A stretch of 60,795 nt of DNA, taken from IMG/VR virus record IMGVR_UViG_3300012078_000002, positions 1 through 60,795 of that record; one strand, 5' to 3'. This DNA is from a virus. Shown here one piece after another: positions 1 to 7,674 of the stretch (its first letter is position 1; every line of letters starts with the position of its first letter). Below the pieces are notes generated by a model. The model was not told where the DNA came from, made no database searches, and saw nothing but the letters and a program-made list of their open reading frames with translations. Both the position numbers and the translations under genes were made by a program.

Positions 1-351
1 GAGCTTCCCCGCATCTCGCCGACATTGGAGCTTTCCCACATCACGCCGACATTGGAGCTTTCCCACATCACGCCGACATTGGAGCTTTCCCACATCACGC
101 CGACATTGGAGCTTTCCCACATCTCGCCGACATTGGAGCTTTCCCACATCACGCCGACATTGGAGCTTTCCCACATCACGCCGACATTGGAGCTTCCCCG
201 CATCACGCCGACATTGGAGCTTCCCCGCATCACGCCGACATTGGAGCTTCCCCACATCACGCCGACATTGGAGCTTTCCCACATCACGCCGACATTGGAG
301 CTTTCCCACATCTCGCCGACATTGGAGCTTCCCCGCATCTCGCCGACATTG
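1..351. repeat. 27-bp tandem repeat array, 13 units (window-start part)
   Basis: GAGCTTTCCCACATCACGCCGACATTG repeats head to tail from base 1 to 351. Units differ only at unit positions 7 (T/C), 11 (A/G) and 16 (A/T). The array decays at 352. Confidence 0.97.
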
Positions 352-758
352 GAGCTTTCAAGAAAAACTTTAACATCATTACAGAGCTTTTTGACCTCAC
401 ACCGTTTTAATCGATAATAACCACTTGTCAATGCCTCGATCTTCTGATCAACCAAAACATGAACTTTCCACCATGCGCAAACGCTCTCCCTAAAAATACG
501 TTCGTATTCGCTCTTGTCAAACCATTCAGGAACTATGTCCTGATCTACCACAAAACACCAGTCTTCCGGATACTCTTCCGGGCTAACCCACCATTCGCCA
601 TTGTTCGGGATTAACTCGGCCCGTACAAATGTTTTGGATGCGCCTATGTAGCTATCTTCAATTCCAAGCGATTCCAACAAGTCTGTATGGCTTTCGTTCT
701 CTCCCTCGGCTATAACTGTTTTGTTTTTTAAGATAATTCCAGATTTAAAATTACACAT
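1..758 (-). CDS. Tandem-repeat protein, N-terminal part (gene leaves the window at base 1 and continues at 60795)
   Basis: Absent from the ORF track because it has no stop in the window. ATG at 758 follows AGGAGAGAAGAC. Translation: MCNFKSGIILKNKTVIAEGENESHTDLLESLG...KVFLE, then SSNVG[V/E]M[W/R][E/G] nonapeptides. Same codon phase as ORF 60408..60794. Confidence 0.8.
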   Translation of the reverse strand, partial: MCNFKSGIILKNKTVIAEGENESHTDLLESLGIEDSYIGASKTFVRAELIPNNGEWWVSPEEYPEDWCFVVDQDIVPEWFDKSEYERIFRESVCAWWKVHVLVDQKIEALTSGYYRLKRCEVKKLCNDVKVFLESSNVGEMRGSSNVGEMWESSNVGVMWESSNVGVMWGSSNVGVMRGSSNVGVMRGSSNVGVMWESSNVGVMWESSNVGEMWESSNVGVMWESSNVGVMWESSNVGVMWESSNVGEMRGS

Positions 759-773
759 GTCTTCTCTCCTTTT

Positions 774-941
774 TTATTTATTGATTACTTCCGTCGCACC
801 GGGAAGTTTCCACAATTCAATCAGTTCGTGCGCTACAACCGCAACCCCTGGTAAGTTGTCAAAATGCACGGCGTCCTCGATTATGTGCAACAATATTTCT
901 TCTAATTTTTTTTGAGCGTTTACTTCGTCATTTGCCGGCAT
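774..941 (-). CDS. hypothetical protein (55 aa)
   Basis: Hand-translated ORF below the track cutoff: MPANDEVNAQKKLEEILLHIIEDAVHFDNLPGVAVVAHELIELWKLPGATEVINK. Its ATG overlaps the stop of the upstream gene. Confidence 0.5.
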   Translation of the reverse strand: MPANDEVNAQKKLEEILLHIIEDAVHFDNLPGVAVVAHELIELWKLPGATEVINK

Positions 942-1110
942 TTATCTTGCCCCCCGTTCTCTTTTCATTGATTATTTCCAACTCCCTCTCCGGCCGCACA
1001 CGGGCGGGATTAGTCCGCACGATGAAAGGATTAAGTGCGCCGTCATTGATGACGCGGCAGTACTCCGGATCGTGAAGCTGTGGCGGTGTGTCTAATTTCA
1101 CAAGGTTCAT
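928..1110 (-). CDS. hypothetical protein (60 aa)
   Basis: ORF track. AAAGAGG lies upstream of the ATG. Co-oriented and coupled with its neighbours. Confidence 0.55.
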   Translation of the reverse strand: MNLVKLDTPPQLHDPEYCRVINDGALNPFIVRTNPARVRPERELEIINEKRTGGKINAGK

Positions 1111-1182
1111 GTTTACCTCTTTCTCCGACGCTTAACGGTCGGGGTATTATATTTATATCTCTGTCCACTCAACTCCTTTTGT

Positions 1183-2115
1183 CTACCCTATAGCCATGAG
1201 ATAACTCATTGCCTTGTCGCTGTCCCTGTTTTCCATCTCGTCCACTATATGCGAATATACATTCAACGTCGTTGTCAGATTTGAATGTCCCAATCTCTTC
1301 GATATGCTTAGCATGGACACTCCTGCAAATATAAGCAGTGATGCATGTGTGTGCCGTAGGGAATGAATAGATATCACTGTAATTCCGGCTTTTTCACATA
1401 ATTTTTCCAGATGGTCATTTGAAGTGGCGTTAAACATTCTTCCGGTCACAAGAACCGGCATGTCCGGTTCCATCCCTATTACAAGGCGGCTAAAAGTTTC
1501 TGCGGTTCTTGGGTCTATTTCTATAACCCTTTTTGATGATACGTTCTTTGTCGGAATAAAGCCCCCTTCTTTAGCCTTATAATTCCACGTCTTATTAATG
1601 CTGAGTTTTCTTTTTTCAAAGTCAAAATCAGCCGGTGTAACTCCCAACGCCTCCGCGTATCTCAAACCGGTTTTTGCGATCAGAAAAATAATCCAATCTT
1701 GATTCACTCCGTGCGTAAGGTCTAAGCTGTACATTAGGCGCTGCAATTCCTGTTGACTTAGCCATTTTTCTTTTTTCTTTGACGGCTCTTTTCCAACTAT
1801 TACTACTTTCTTCGTGGGGTCCCTGACAATAATTCCATCGTCAAACGCATCTCTAATGCTGGCGCGAAGATGTGTGTGGAAATCGCTGACTGTCTGTTTT
1901 TCATGCGTCTTCCCGTACTCGCTTATAATTATTTGGTACATTCTGCGATCCAGACTATCAAGGGTGACGTCAGGAGCAATTTCCATGAGCCGCTGATGGG
2001 TCATAATGTATTTTTGCAGAGTACACTTACTTACCACCCCGCGCTTATAGGTATTAACCCAATCCAGAAAATAAGCTTGAAAAGGCATCTTTTTATTCAT
2101 GTTCTTCGTCCGCAT
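1183..2115 (-). CDS. tyrosine recombinase / phage integrase family (second copy in this genome)
   Basis: C-terminal catalytic signature IHSLRHTHASLL...RLGHSNLTTTLNVYSHI (R, H-x-x-R, H, Y). GGAGGGAG lies before the ATG. Confidence 0.9.
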   Translation of the reverse strand: MRTKNMNKKMPFQAYFLDWVNTYKRGVVSKCTLQKYIMTHQRLMEIAPDVTLDSLDRRMYQIIISEYGKTHEKQTVSDFHTHLRASIRDAFDDGIIVRDPTKKVVIVGKEPSKKKEKWLSQQELQRLMYSLDLTHGVNQDWIIFLIAKTGLRYAEALGVTPADFDFEKRKLSINKTWNYKAKEGGFIPTKNVSSKRVIEIDPRTAETFSRLVIGMEPDMPVLVTGRMFNATSNDHLEKLCEKAGITVISIHSLRHTHASLLIFAGVSMLSISKRLGHSNLTTTLNVYSHIVDEMENRDSDKAMSYLMAIG

Positions 2116-2710
2116 GGCTCCCTCCTCTAAAAAATATCCCTAATTCTCTTTCTAACTCTTCGCTGTGCTCCATCTTGTATACTCCGCTAAATTTCAAAAA
2201 ATCAGCACTGTCGTTACGGATAAAGTACACGTCTTTGACTTTTTGTTCCAATGAATCGCCGTGGATGATTACGCCGCACATTCCCCGGATTGCCATATTA
2301 AAAATCAAAAACGGTACCGCTCGATCTGATAATTCTTCAACTTGGTACCAGTATGTCCGGGGATCGTAACGGGCCGGTCCTATACGCATCCTCTGCTCAT
2401 TCCATTTTTGAATCAAAATTCCACCCGTACCAGCTGCACATTCAAAGTACGTACTTCCTCCAGTAAGCTGTGCAAGTAATCTTGATACACTCATTGGCGT
2501 AAAATCCTGTTTTTTTACCTTCCTGTCCGAATGCTCGCTTTCGAAATATTCCGAAAACCATTCATAGCCCATCCTTGTTTCGTGTTCCAAAAACGCACAA
2601 AATAACTCCTCGCGCTTTTCGGTGTCAAGCATATACGCAAGCATTTCTTGTGGTGCCTGATAGCTCTCTGTGATTCCCAGCAACTCATTTATTTTCTTGT
2701 TTGTTAGCAT
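2093..2710 (-). CDS. N6-adenine DNA methylase-like SAM-binding protein, catalytic motif IV not detectable
   Basis: HsdM/gamma-class-like motifs DFTPMSVSRLLAQL, FECAAGTGG and FLIFNMAIRGM..HGDSL are present. No (D/N/S)PP(Y/F/W) occurs anywhere in the 205 aa. Confidence 0.6.
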   Translation of the reverse strand: MLTNKKINELLGITESYQAPQEMLAYMLDTEKREELFCAFLEHETRMGYEWFSEYFESEHSDRKVKKQDFTPMSVSRLLAQLTGGSTYFECAAGTGGILIQKWNEQRMRIGPARYDPRTYWYQVEELSDRAVPFLIFNMAIRGMCGVIIHGDSLEQKVKDVYFIRNDSADFLKFSGVYKMEHSEELERELGIFFRGGSHADEEHE

Positions 2711-2755
2711 TCTCCCTCCCTTGCCATAGCCACCGTTAATCAGTCCAACAATTCC

Positions 2756-3565
2756 TCAAGAACCCATTCCGATCATCCCGCGCACCGCATCTAAATTTTC
2801 CGTCAAATACATCCGATGTACCCGGCCGCGGATTGCCTTGACTGACTTTCCAATTGCGTCGGCCATCTGCTCATATCTCTTCCCTGCCGCTATCAGTTGG
2901 CCAAGTAATTCAAGCTCCTCTTCCGTCCACCTAACCATATTGTCAGCCTTTACTGGCCGGTCTTTAATGCCCAAATCTGTGAGCCGCCGTTGCATTGCTC
3001 CCTCCGTTCTTCGCATCATCAGGGACAATTCTCGAAAGCCATATTTCTGCTTGCGCACCAGCGCAATTAACTTTTCGTCCTCTGCCCTTGTCCATGGGGT
3101 ATTTTTGAATTGTCGCCGACTATCAATATCCGCCCTGCGTTTTTCTTTCACCCAATCCGGCTCCGCACCTAATGCACATAATTCAAAGTTAGAGAAATCC
3201 AAAAACATTTGATTTTGTTTCGCCCATTTCCAAAAGTCATCTATAAGAACAATCTTGTAAACTTTGTTCTTGACGCGTTTCATACGCATTGGAAAACCTC
3301 TGTTTTCTACCCATGATTTCATTTTGTAGCGACATCCGGTACTACCATATCCCAATGCCGCTAACAGTTGATTCCATGTAATATAATCACCTGATTCCAA
3401 GAAGGCTCCCAATTTTAGCCTATTTTTCTTGACTATAATCGCATTTTTGGATCTGTTTAAAACTTTGGCTATTCTTGTGATCGAGGCGGTTCCCCACTTC
3501 TCATTTAAATATTCTATCTCTTCTGCTGTCCAAGCGCGTCCTGCTCCCATATCCCTAGGGGCCAC
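2756..3565 (-). CDS. Myb/SANT-like triple-repeat DNA-binding protein
   Basis: Three W-T-x-E-E/D-x-x-L repeats (WTAEEIEYL, WTRAEDEKL, WTEEELELL). The start is uncertain: GTG at 3565 or ATG at 3550. Confidence 0.6.
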   Translation of the reverse strand: MAPRDMGAGRAWTAEEIEYLNEKWGTASITRIAKVLNRSKNAIIVKKNRLKLGAFLESGDYITWNQLLAALGYGSTGCRYKMKSWVENRGFPMRMKRVKNKVYKIVLIDDFWKWAKQNQMFLDFSNFELCALGAEPDWVKEKRRADIDSRRQFKNTPWTRAEDEKLIALVRKQKYGFRELSLMMRRTEGAMQRRLTDLGIKDRPVKADNMVRWTEEELELLGQLIAAGKRYEQMADAIGKSVKAIRGRVHRMYLTENLDAVRGMIGMGS

Positions 3566-3613
3566 CGCGTTTTTTTGCGGGAAGCCCGGCCTCCTTTCGG
3601 CAAGCTTCTATCT

Positions 3614-3805
3614 TTACCCTCCGGCATCCGACAAATCTAAACCGGTGCGCTCGTAAAAGTACTTCCGTGATACCCGTCCGGCCACAATGTAAAAGCCTTT
3701 CGCTTCCAGTTCCTCATTAAATTGCTTAATAATCTTGTAAGCCGTGTTTCTTGACACGTTCATCAACTCTGCGACCTCTGTCGCCCGCATGATTGGTGAT
3801 GGCAT
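3614..3805 (-). CDS. small HTH DNA-binding protein (excisionase/MerR-superfamily-like)
   Basis: MRATEVAELMNVSRNTAYKIIKQF...GRVSRKYFYE pattern, typical of HTH_17/Xis-like proteins. AAGGAGGTGA precedes the ATG. Confidence 0.65.
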   Translation of the reverse strand: MPSPIMRATEVAELMNVSRNTAYKIIKQFNEELEAKGFYIVAGRVSRKYFYERTGLDLSDAGG

Positions 3806-3817
3806 AATGTCACCTCC

Positions 3818-3976
3818 TTATCCGACTTTTTCATCACTTGCAATGGTATGCAGGTTAAATATAGTAGATATTGTTGTGAATAACATCTGCTTCTCTTTAG
3901 AGGACAATTCATCTGTTCCGTTCAAGATTTCTTCAATCTGATCAAGACGCTCTTTCAATTTTTTGGACTTTTTCAC
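3818..3976 (-). CDS. hypothetical small protein (52 aa, GTG start)
   Basis: Hand-translated: (V)KKSKKLKERLDQIEEILNGTDELSSKEKQMLFTTISTIFNLHTIASDEKVG. GAGGTGAG lies upstream. Confidence 0.4.
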   Translation of the reverse strand: MKKSKKLKERLDQIEEILNGTDELSSKEKQMLFTTISTIFNLHTIASDEKVG

Positions 3977-4003
3977 TTACTCACCTCGCTTTCCGTTTGT
4001 TTT

Positions 4004-4726
4004 TTAGGCAATAAACTTGTTGATAAAATATTGCTGGCCGTATCCTGTTACCTTGGTTGTCTTGCTAATTGTTGTGTGCCCGTCAGAATGGGTGATTGCA
4101 GTTTCCTTAACTTCGAAAAGTTTCATCTCCATACTGCGCTGTGTGGGAGCATTGTAGTCAGTTCCCTTCCGACGGATCAGATAACCATTATTTCTTAAAT
4201 ATTCAAATAACCGCTTCTCGCCGGTATCCACACCGTTTTGTTTTAGGATTTTCGCCAGTTCGCCGATCAAGATTGATGTTTTGCTTGTGGCTACCGCATC
4301 AGCAAATAGTGCTTTGGGCTTCATGCACTGGTTGTCTTCCAATAAAATGACCTTTTCGCTTTTTAATTTACTTATTTGTGCATCAGCCATCTTTAATGCC
4401 CTTGCCATGATCTGCTCCGGAGCGTTCCAAGCTTTTTCTAATTCAAGAAAATACTGGCGATATTGTCTGCCTTTCTCGGAACGCTGGATCATACAAATTT
4501 CCTTTGCCATATCAATTTTGATTTCATAATCAATCGATGGCCGACCGCCCATTTCAAGGGTTTTACTCTTTTTTGAGTAAAAGTCTCTACCTTCTTCAAA
4601 TCCATATTCGGCCATTCTTAGAAACCAATCGTTAAATCTGGTTCCAATTTTCAGCGCCTCGTGTAAATCCCTTGCCGATACTGTCGGCTGTTCTGTTTCA
4701 TAATTGATTCTAATTAACTCGTTCAT
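4004..4726 (-). CDS. phage antirepressor (AntA/ORF6N N-terminal plus KilAC-like C-terminal domain)
   Basis: MNELIRINYETEQPTVSARDLHEALKIGTRFNDWF... then ALFADAVATSKTSILIGELAKIL. Start moved to M17 behind AAAGGAG. Confidence 0.75.
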   Translation of the reverse strand: MNELIRINYETEQPTVSARDLHEALKIGTRFNDWFLRMAEYGFEEGRDFYSKKSKTLEMGGRPSIDYEIKIDMAKEICMIQRSEKGRQYRQYFLELEKAWNAPEQIMARALKMADAQISKLKSEKVILLEDNQCMKPKALFADAVATSKTSILIGELAKILKQNGVDTGEKRLFEYLRNNGYLIRRKGTDYNAPTQRSMEMKLFEVKETAITHSDGHTTISKTTKVTGYGQQYFINKFIA

Positions 4727-4801
4727 AATCTCCTTTCTCTCAACGTCTTTGATTTTTAATATTATGTGTCTCACCTCACTTTCTACTTGCTTTGTAAGTA
4801 T

Positions 4802-4830
4802 ATATTACCACTGCGTGAGTGAGATGTCAA
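4802..4830 (-). promoter_or_regulatory. candidate early (lytic) promoter
   Basis: The minus strand reads TTGACA, a 17-nt spacer, then TAATAT, about 70 nt upstream of the antirepressor gene. Confidence 0.55.
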
Positions 4831-4850
4831 CACTTTTTTTAAATTTTTAC

Positions 4851-4879
4851 TTGCTTAGTGAGCGGAAATATGATATATT
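4851..4879 (+). promoter_or_regulatory. candidate repressor-gene promoter
   Basis: TTGCTT, 17 nt, TATATT on the plus strand, just upstream of AGGAGG and the TTG start at 4902. TACTTGCTT is repeated at about 4790 and 4848. Confidence 0.4.
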
Positions 4880-4901
4880 ATATTTATAAGGAGGTGTTAA
4901 T

Positions 4902-5294
4902 TTGAAAGAGCGTATAAAAAAAGTAAGGGAAAGCCTCAATATGAGCCAAGCGGAATTTAGCAAGGAAATATTGGTCGGTTCGTCCACGGTAGCAATGTGG
5001 GAGCTGGGAACAAGGAGCCCCAAAGACATACACATTTCGAAAATATGCGAAAAGTTAAGTATAAGTGAAGTTTGGTTGCGGACTGGCAAGGGCAATATGA
5101 AAAAAGATCTTTCTATAGAAGAAGAAACATATGGACGATTCGGGAAGATAATGGAAGTGGGAAGTCCCATAAAGAAAAACATGGCTACAATGCTATTAAA
5201 GATAGTGGAAACACTTCCGGACGAACAATGGGAAAGAATCTATGAAGAGTTCAAGGCCTGCATTGACAGGGTAGAAAAAGAGGGCGAGGATTAA
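4902..5294 (+). CDS. XRE/CI-type HTH repressor
   Basis: LNMSQAEFSKEILVGSSTVAMWELGTRSP is a classic Cro/C1 HTH. The gene is divergent from the early operon and next to the integrase. TTG start follows AGGAGG. Confidence 0.85.
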   Translation: MKERIKKVRESLNMSQAEFSKEILVGSSTVAMWELGTRSPKDIHISKICEKLSISEVWLRTGKGNMKKDLSIEEETYGRFGKIMEVGSPIKKNMATMLLKIVETLPDEQWERIYEEFKACIDRVEKEGED

Positions 5295-5339
5295 TCCCCG
5301 CCCTCTAAAACACCTCTTATTAAACTAATGAGGTTTTTT
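5280..5339 (+). terminator. candidate terminator after the repressor gene
   Basis: GAGGGCG...CGCCCTC hairpin, then ACCTC...GAGGT followed by TTTTT. Confidence 0.4.
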
Positions 5340-5562
5340 AAGAATTTAGCGCTATGTATTTTGTCAATCAATTCATGCAGTTCGTTTTTGAGACTATCCA
5401 CGTATACACACCCCTTTCACTGTCAGCAAGCCAGATATTCATTACAGATTTGCCGATGTGTATATTATAACTGCACGCCAACATCATGTCAACAGGAAAA
5501 TAGAACACAGGTTCGACTTATTTCAAAGTTATTCGACAAATAGAAAGGGAGGTAATCAAATA

Positions 5563-6618
5563 ATGCCAGCATACAAAGATGAAGCCAGAAAAACGTGGTA
5601 CTGCAAATTCTCTTATACTGACTGGACGGGAAAGCAGCGGCAGAAGTTAAAGCGCGGTTTCCCATCGAAGAAAGAAGCCGCTGCTTGGGAGCGTAACTTT
5701 TTAGAACGGCAGCAGGGAAACCCCGATATGACCTTCCAGACCCTTTGTGCGCTCTACATGGAAGATATCACCATGCACCTCAAGGAATCCACGGTAGACG
5801 GCAAGGAGCATCGTATCAGAAACCACATACTGCCTTATTTCGGGGATAAGCGAGTGAACGAAATCAAGCCCGCCGATATAAGGAAGTGGCAGGGGATTAT
5901 AATCGAAAAAGAATTGAGTCCGACTTATCAAAGGTTGTTAAACGGGAACCTTAATACTATTTTTAATTTTGCGAAAAGGTATTATGGACTAATTGCTAAT
6001 CCGTGTGCGCCGGTAAAGACTATAGGCAAAGCAAAAGCAGGGCGCATGGAGTTTTGGACACAGTCCGAACTTGTTGCTTTTCTTGATTACACAAAAGACA
6101 CAGAAACTAAACTGGCCTTTCAGATACTTTTTTATACGGGCTTACGCTTCGGCGAAATGTTGGCGCTTAATCCGAACGCGGATATTGATTTGGAAAATGG
6201 AGCCCTAACGGTGTCAAAGACACACCACCGAAAACGCGGGAAGGATATAATCACGTCCCCAAAAACAGACAACGGAAACCGCGTTGTTATGTTGCCGTCG
6301 TTTTTGGTTGAACTAATAGGGGACTACATGAGTCATATCTATGATATTCAATCCAGAGAACGACTATTTCTATTCTCACGCAACAAACTCAGAAGAGCCA
6401 TGGAAAGGGGATGTCGACAATCCGGCGTCAAGCGCATTCGGCTGCATGATATCAGACATAGTCATGTGTCTATGCTCATAGAAATGGGGTTTTCACCTTG
6501 GTTAATAGCTGAAAGGATTGGCGACACTGTCGATATGGTCAATAGCATCTATGGGCACTTATATCCAAACAAGCACAAGGACGTGGCTGATGCGCTAAAT
6601 AAAATCGTATCAAAATAG
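5563..6618 (+). CDS. int: site-specific tyrosine integrase
   Basis: Start moved to MPAYKDEARKTWYCKF (arm-binding N-terminus) behind AAAGGGAGG. C-terminus RLHDIRHSHVSMLI...IYGHLY. Confidence 0.93.
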   Translation: MPAYKDEARKTWYCKFSYTDWTGKQRQKLKRGFPSKKEAAAWERNFLERQQGNPDMTFQTLCALYMEDITMHLKESTVDGKEHRIRNHILPYFGDKRVNEIKPADIRKWQGIIIEKELSPTYQRLLNGNLNTIFNFAKRYYGLIANPCAPVKTIGKAKAGRMEFWTQSELVAFLDYTKDTETKLAFQILFYTGLRFGEMLALNPNADIDLENGALTVSKTHHRKRGKDIITSPKTDNGNRVVMLPSFLVELIGDYMSHIYDIQSRERLFLFSRNKLRRAMERGCRQSGVKRIRLHDIRHSHVSMLIEMGFSPWLIAERIGDTVDMVNSIYGHLYPNKHKDVADALNKIVSK

Positions 6619-6885
6619 TATCACAAGCCAAAAACGACCGACGGAAATGACGTATTTTCATTGGTTCTCGGACTTTTCGTATTGATTCATTAATGATCAA
6701 AAATTTTATGGTCTTACGTAATTACAATGTTTTTTGGTATATATTTTAACGTTTGGTATCCGGAAAAATGATTTTCACAGGATGTACTAAAATAAAACGT
6801 ATCATTTTCGTATCATCCAAGGCGAAAAAGAAGCAAGGGCATCAGCCCTAATGCGCCATAATGCTAAACAAATGTAAAAGTTTAA
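6619..6885. other. candidate attP region
   Basis: 267-bp AT-rich noncoding stretch directly downstream of int. CGTAT cores recur at 6606, 6651, 6678, 6798 and 6809; three of them read CGTATCA. Confidence 0.4.
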
Positions 6886-6911
6886 CCCCGGCTTACCACC
6901 GGGGCTTTTTT
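6886..6911. terminator. intrinsic terminator (probably bidirectional)
   Basis: CCCCGG-cttacca-CCGGGG followed by CTTTTTT on the plus strand. It sits at the stop of the convergent minus-strand gene. Confidence 0.7.
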
Positions 6912-7458
6912 AATATTTGTATCCCATTTTTGCTTCTTCTTTTTCAGCATGATCATGATTATTAAAATCGCTCGTCTCATAGATGTAAAGATCGTGCAAG
7001 GCAGTGCCCTGCGCTTTCATATCGGCGTATCTCTTGATCTTACGGTTCAGGTCCACAATGGCGCACTTGATACAGCTGCTGCGTTCATAGAGCGGGCAGG
7101 CCAAATCCCTAAGACAGAGTGGTGCCGCAAACATATTTGCGCTTTCCATTATTTTCCAGTACATGTCCCATAGCCCGTTCCGGTACTCCACCAGAAATGT
7201 TTCAACGCTATTTACATTAGGAAACGACGCGTTTGATTTTTGAGGATAAATCTCAACCTCGAATAAATCGAACGCTTCTGATTGCAGGTATTTCCGAATG
7301 TTTTCATCCTTGGTACCTTCCATGCGTGCCTCTCGTTTTTTACCCTGGATTCCCAAGGATAAGGCCTTGACAAACGCTGTATTTTCAAATTCTTCAAATG
7401 CATACAGATAATTCACGGTATTCTGAATCTGTCTTATGCAGTCGGCTTTATTGACCAT
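6910..7458 (-). CDS. hypothetical protein (182 aa)
   Basis: ORF track. AAGGAGG upstream. No motif recognised. Confidence 0.7.
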   Translation of the reverse strand: MVNKADCIRQIQNTVNYLYAFEEFENTAFVKALSLGIQGKKREARMEGTKDENIRKYLQSEAFDLFEVEIYPQKSNASFPNVNSVETFLVEYRNGLWDMYWKIMESANMFAAPLCLRDLACPLYERSSCIKCAIVDLNRKIKRYADMKAQGTALHDLYIYETSDFNNHDHAEKEEAKMGYKY

Positions 7459-7470
7459 TTTTCTACCTCC

Positions 7471-7671
7471 TTAGAAATAAGATGTCCGCGGGTTGCCGTC
7501 CATCATCTCTTTGTGCGTGCCGCTCTGCATCTCTTTCCATCTCTCGATATGCTTTCTGTTTTCCAGCAACACGTGCAGATCGTGTTCCGCCTTGGTAAGC
7601 CCCTTGGACTCTGACCTAACCAATTCGTCAATGGCCATATCTAATTTTTCGATATATTTCTGTGTGTACAT
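7471..7671 (-). CDS. hypothetical protein (66 aa)
   Basis: ORF track. GGGAGGTG upstream. Confidence 0.6.
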   Translation of the reverse strand: MYTQKYIEKLDMAIDELVRSESKGLTKAEHDLHVLLENRKHIERWKEMQSGTHKEMMDGNPRTSYF

Positions 7672-7674
7672 AGC

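Noticed and set aside
1-351. CRISPR array or DGR variable region as an explanation for the 27-bp repeats.
   Set aside because: The units are directly abutting with no spacers, so this is not CRISPR. No reverse transcriptase or template repeat exists in the genome. The variable sites are T/C, A/G and A/T at fixed positions rather than adenine-specific, so this is not a DGR.
25-417. Plus-strand ORF through the repeat array (ELSHITPTL repeats, 130 aa).
   Set aside because: It is a mirror-frame artefact of the array. It has no SD and no coding continuity outside the repeats. The minus-strand frame is continuous with unique coding sequence on both sides and has a good SD at 758.
5291-5401. 36-aa minus-strand ORF (VDSLKNELHELIDKIHSAKFLKNLISLIRGVLEGGD) convergent with the repressor gene.
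   Set aside because: It looks helical and has GAAAGGGG upstream, but it is very short, uses GTG and overlaps the repressor terminator. The evidence is not enough to call it a gene.
5458-5562. N-terminal extensions given by the ORF track for int (5458), terS (43703), the late regulator (44619), dnaB (54103), 45746..46090, 59977..60315, 10841..11185 and others.
   Set aside because: The extensions overlap upstream genes or noncoding leaders, lack an SD, and precede internal ATG/GTG codons with good SD and family-typical N-termini. These starts were moved.
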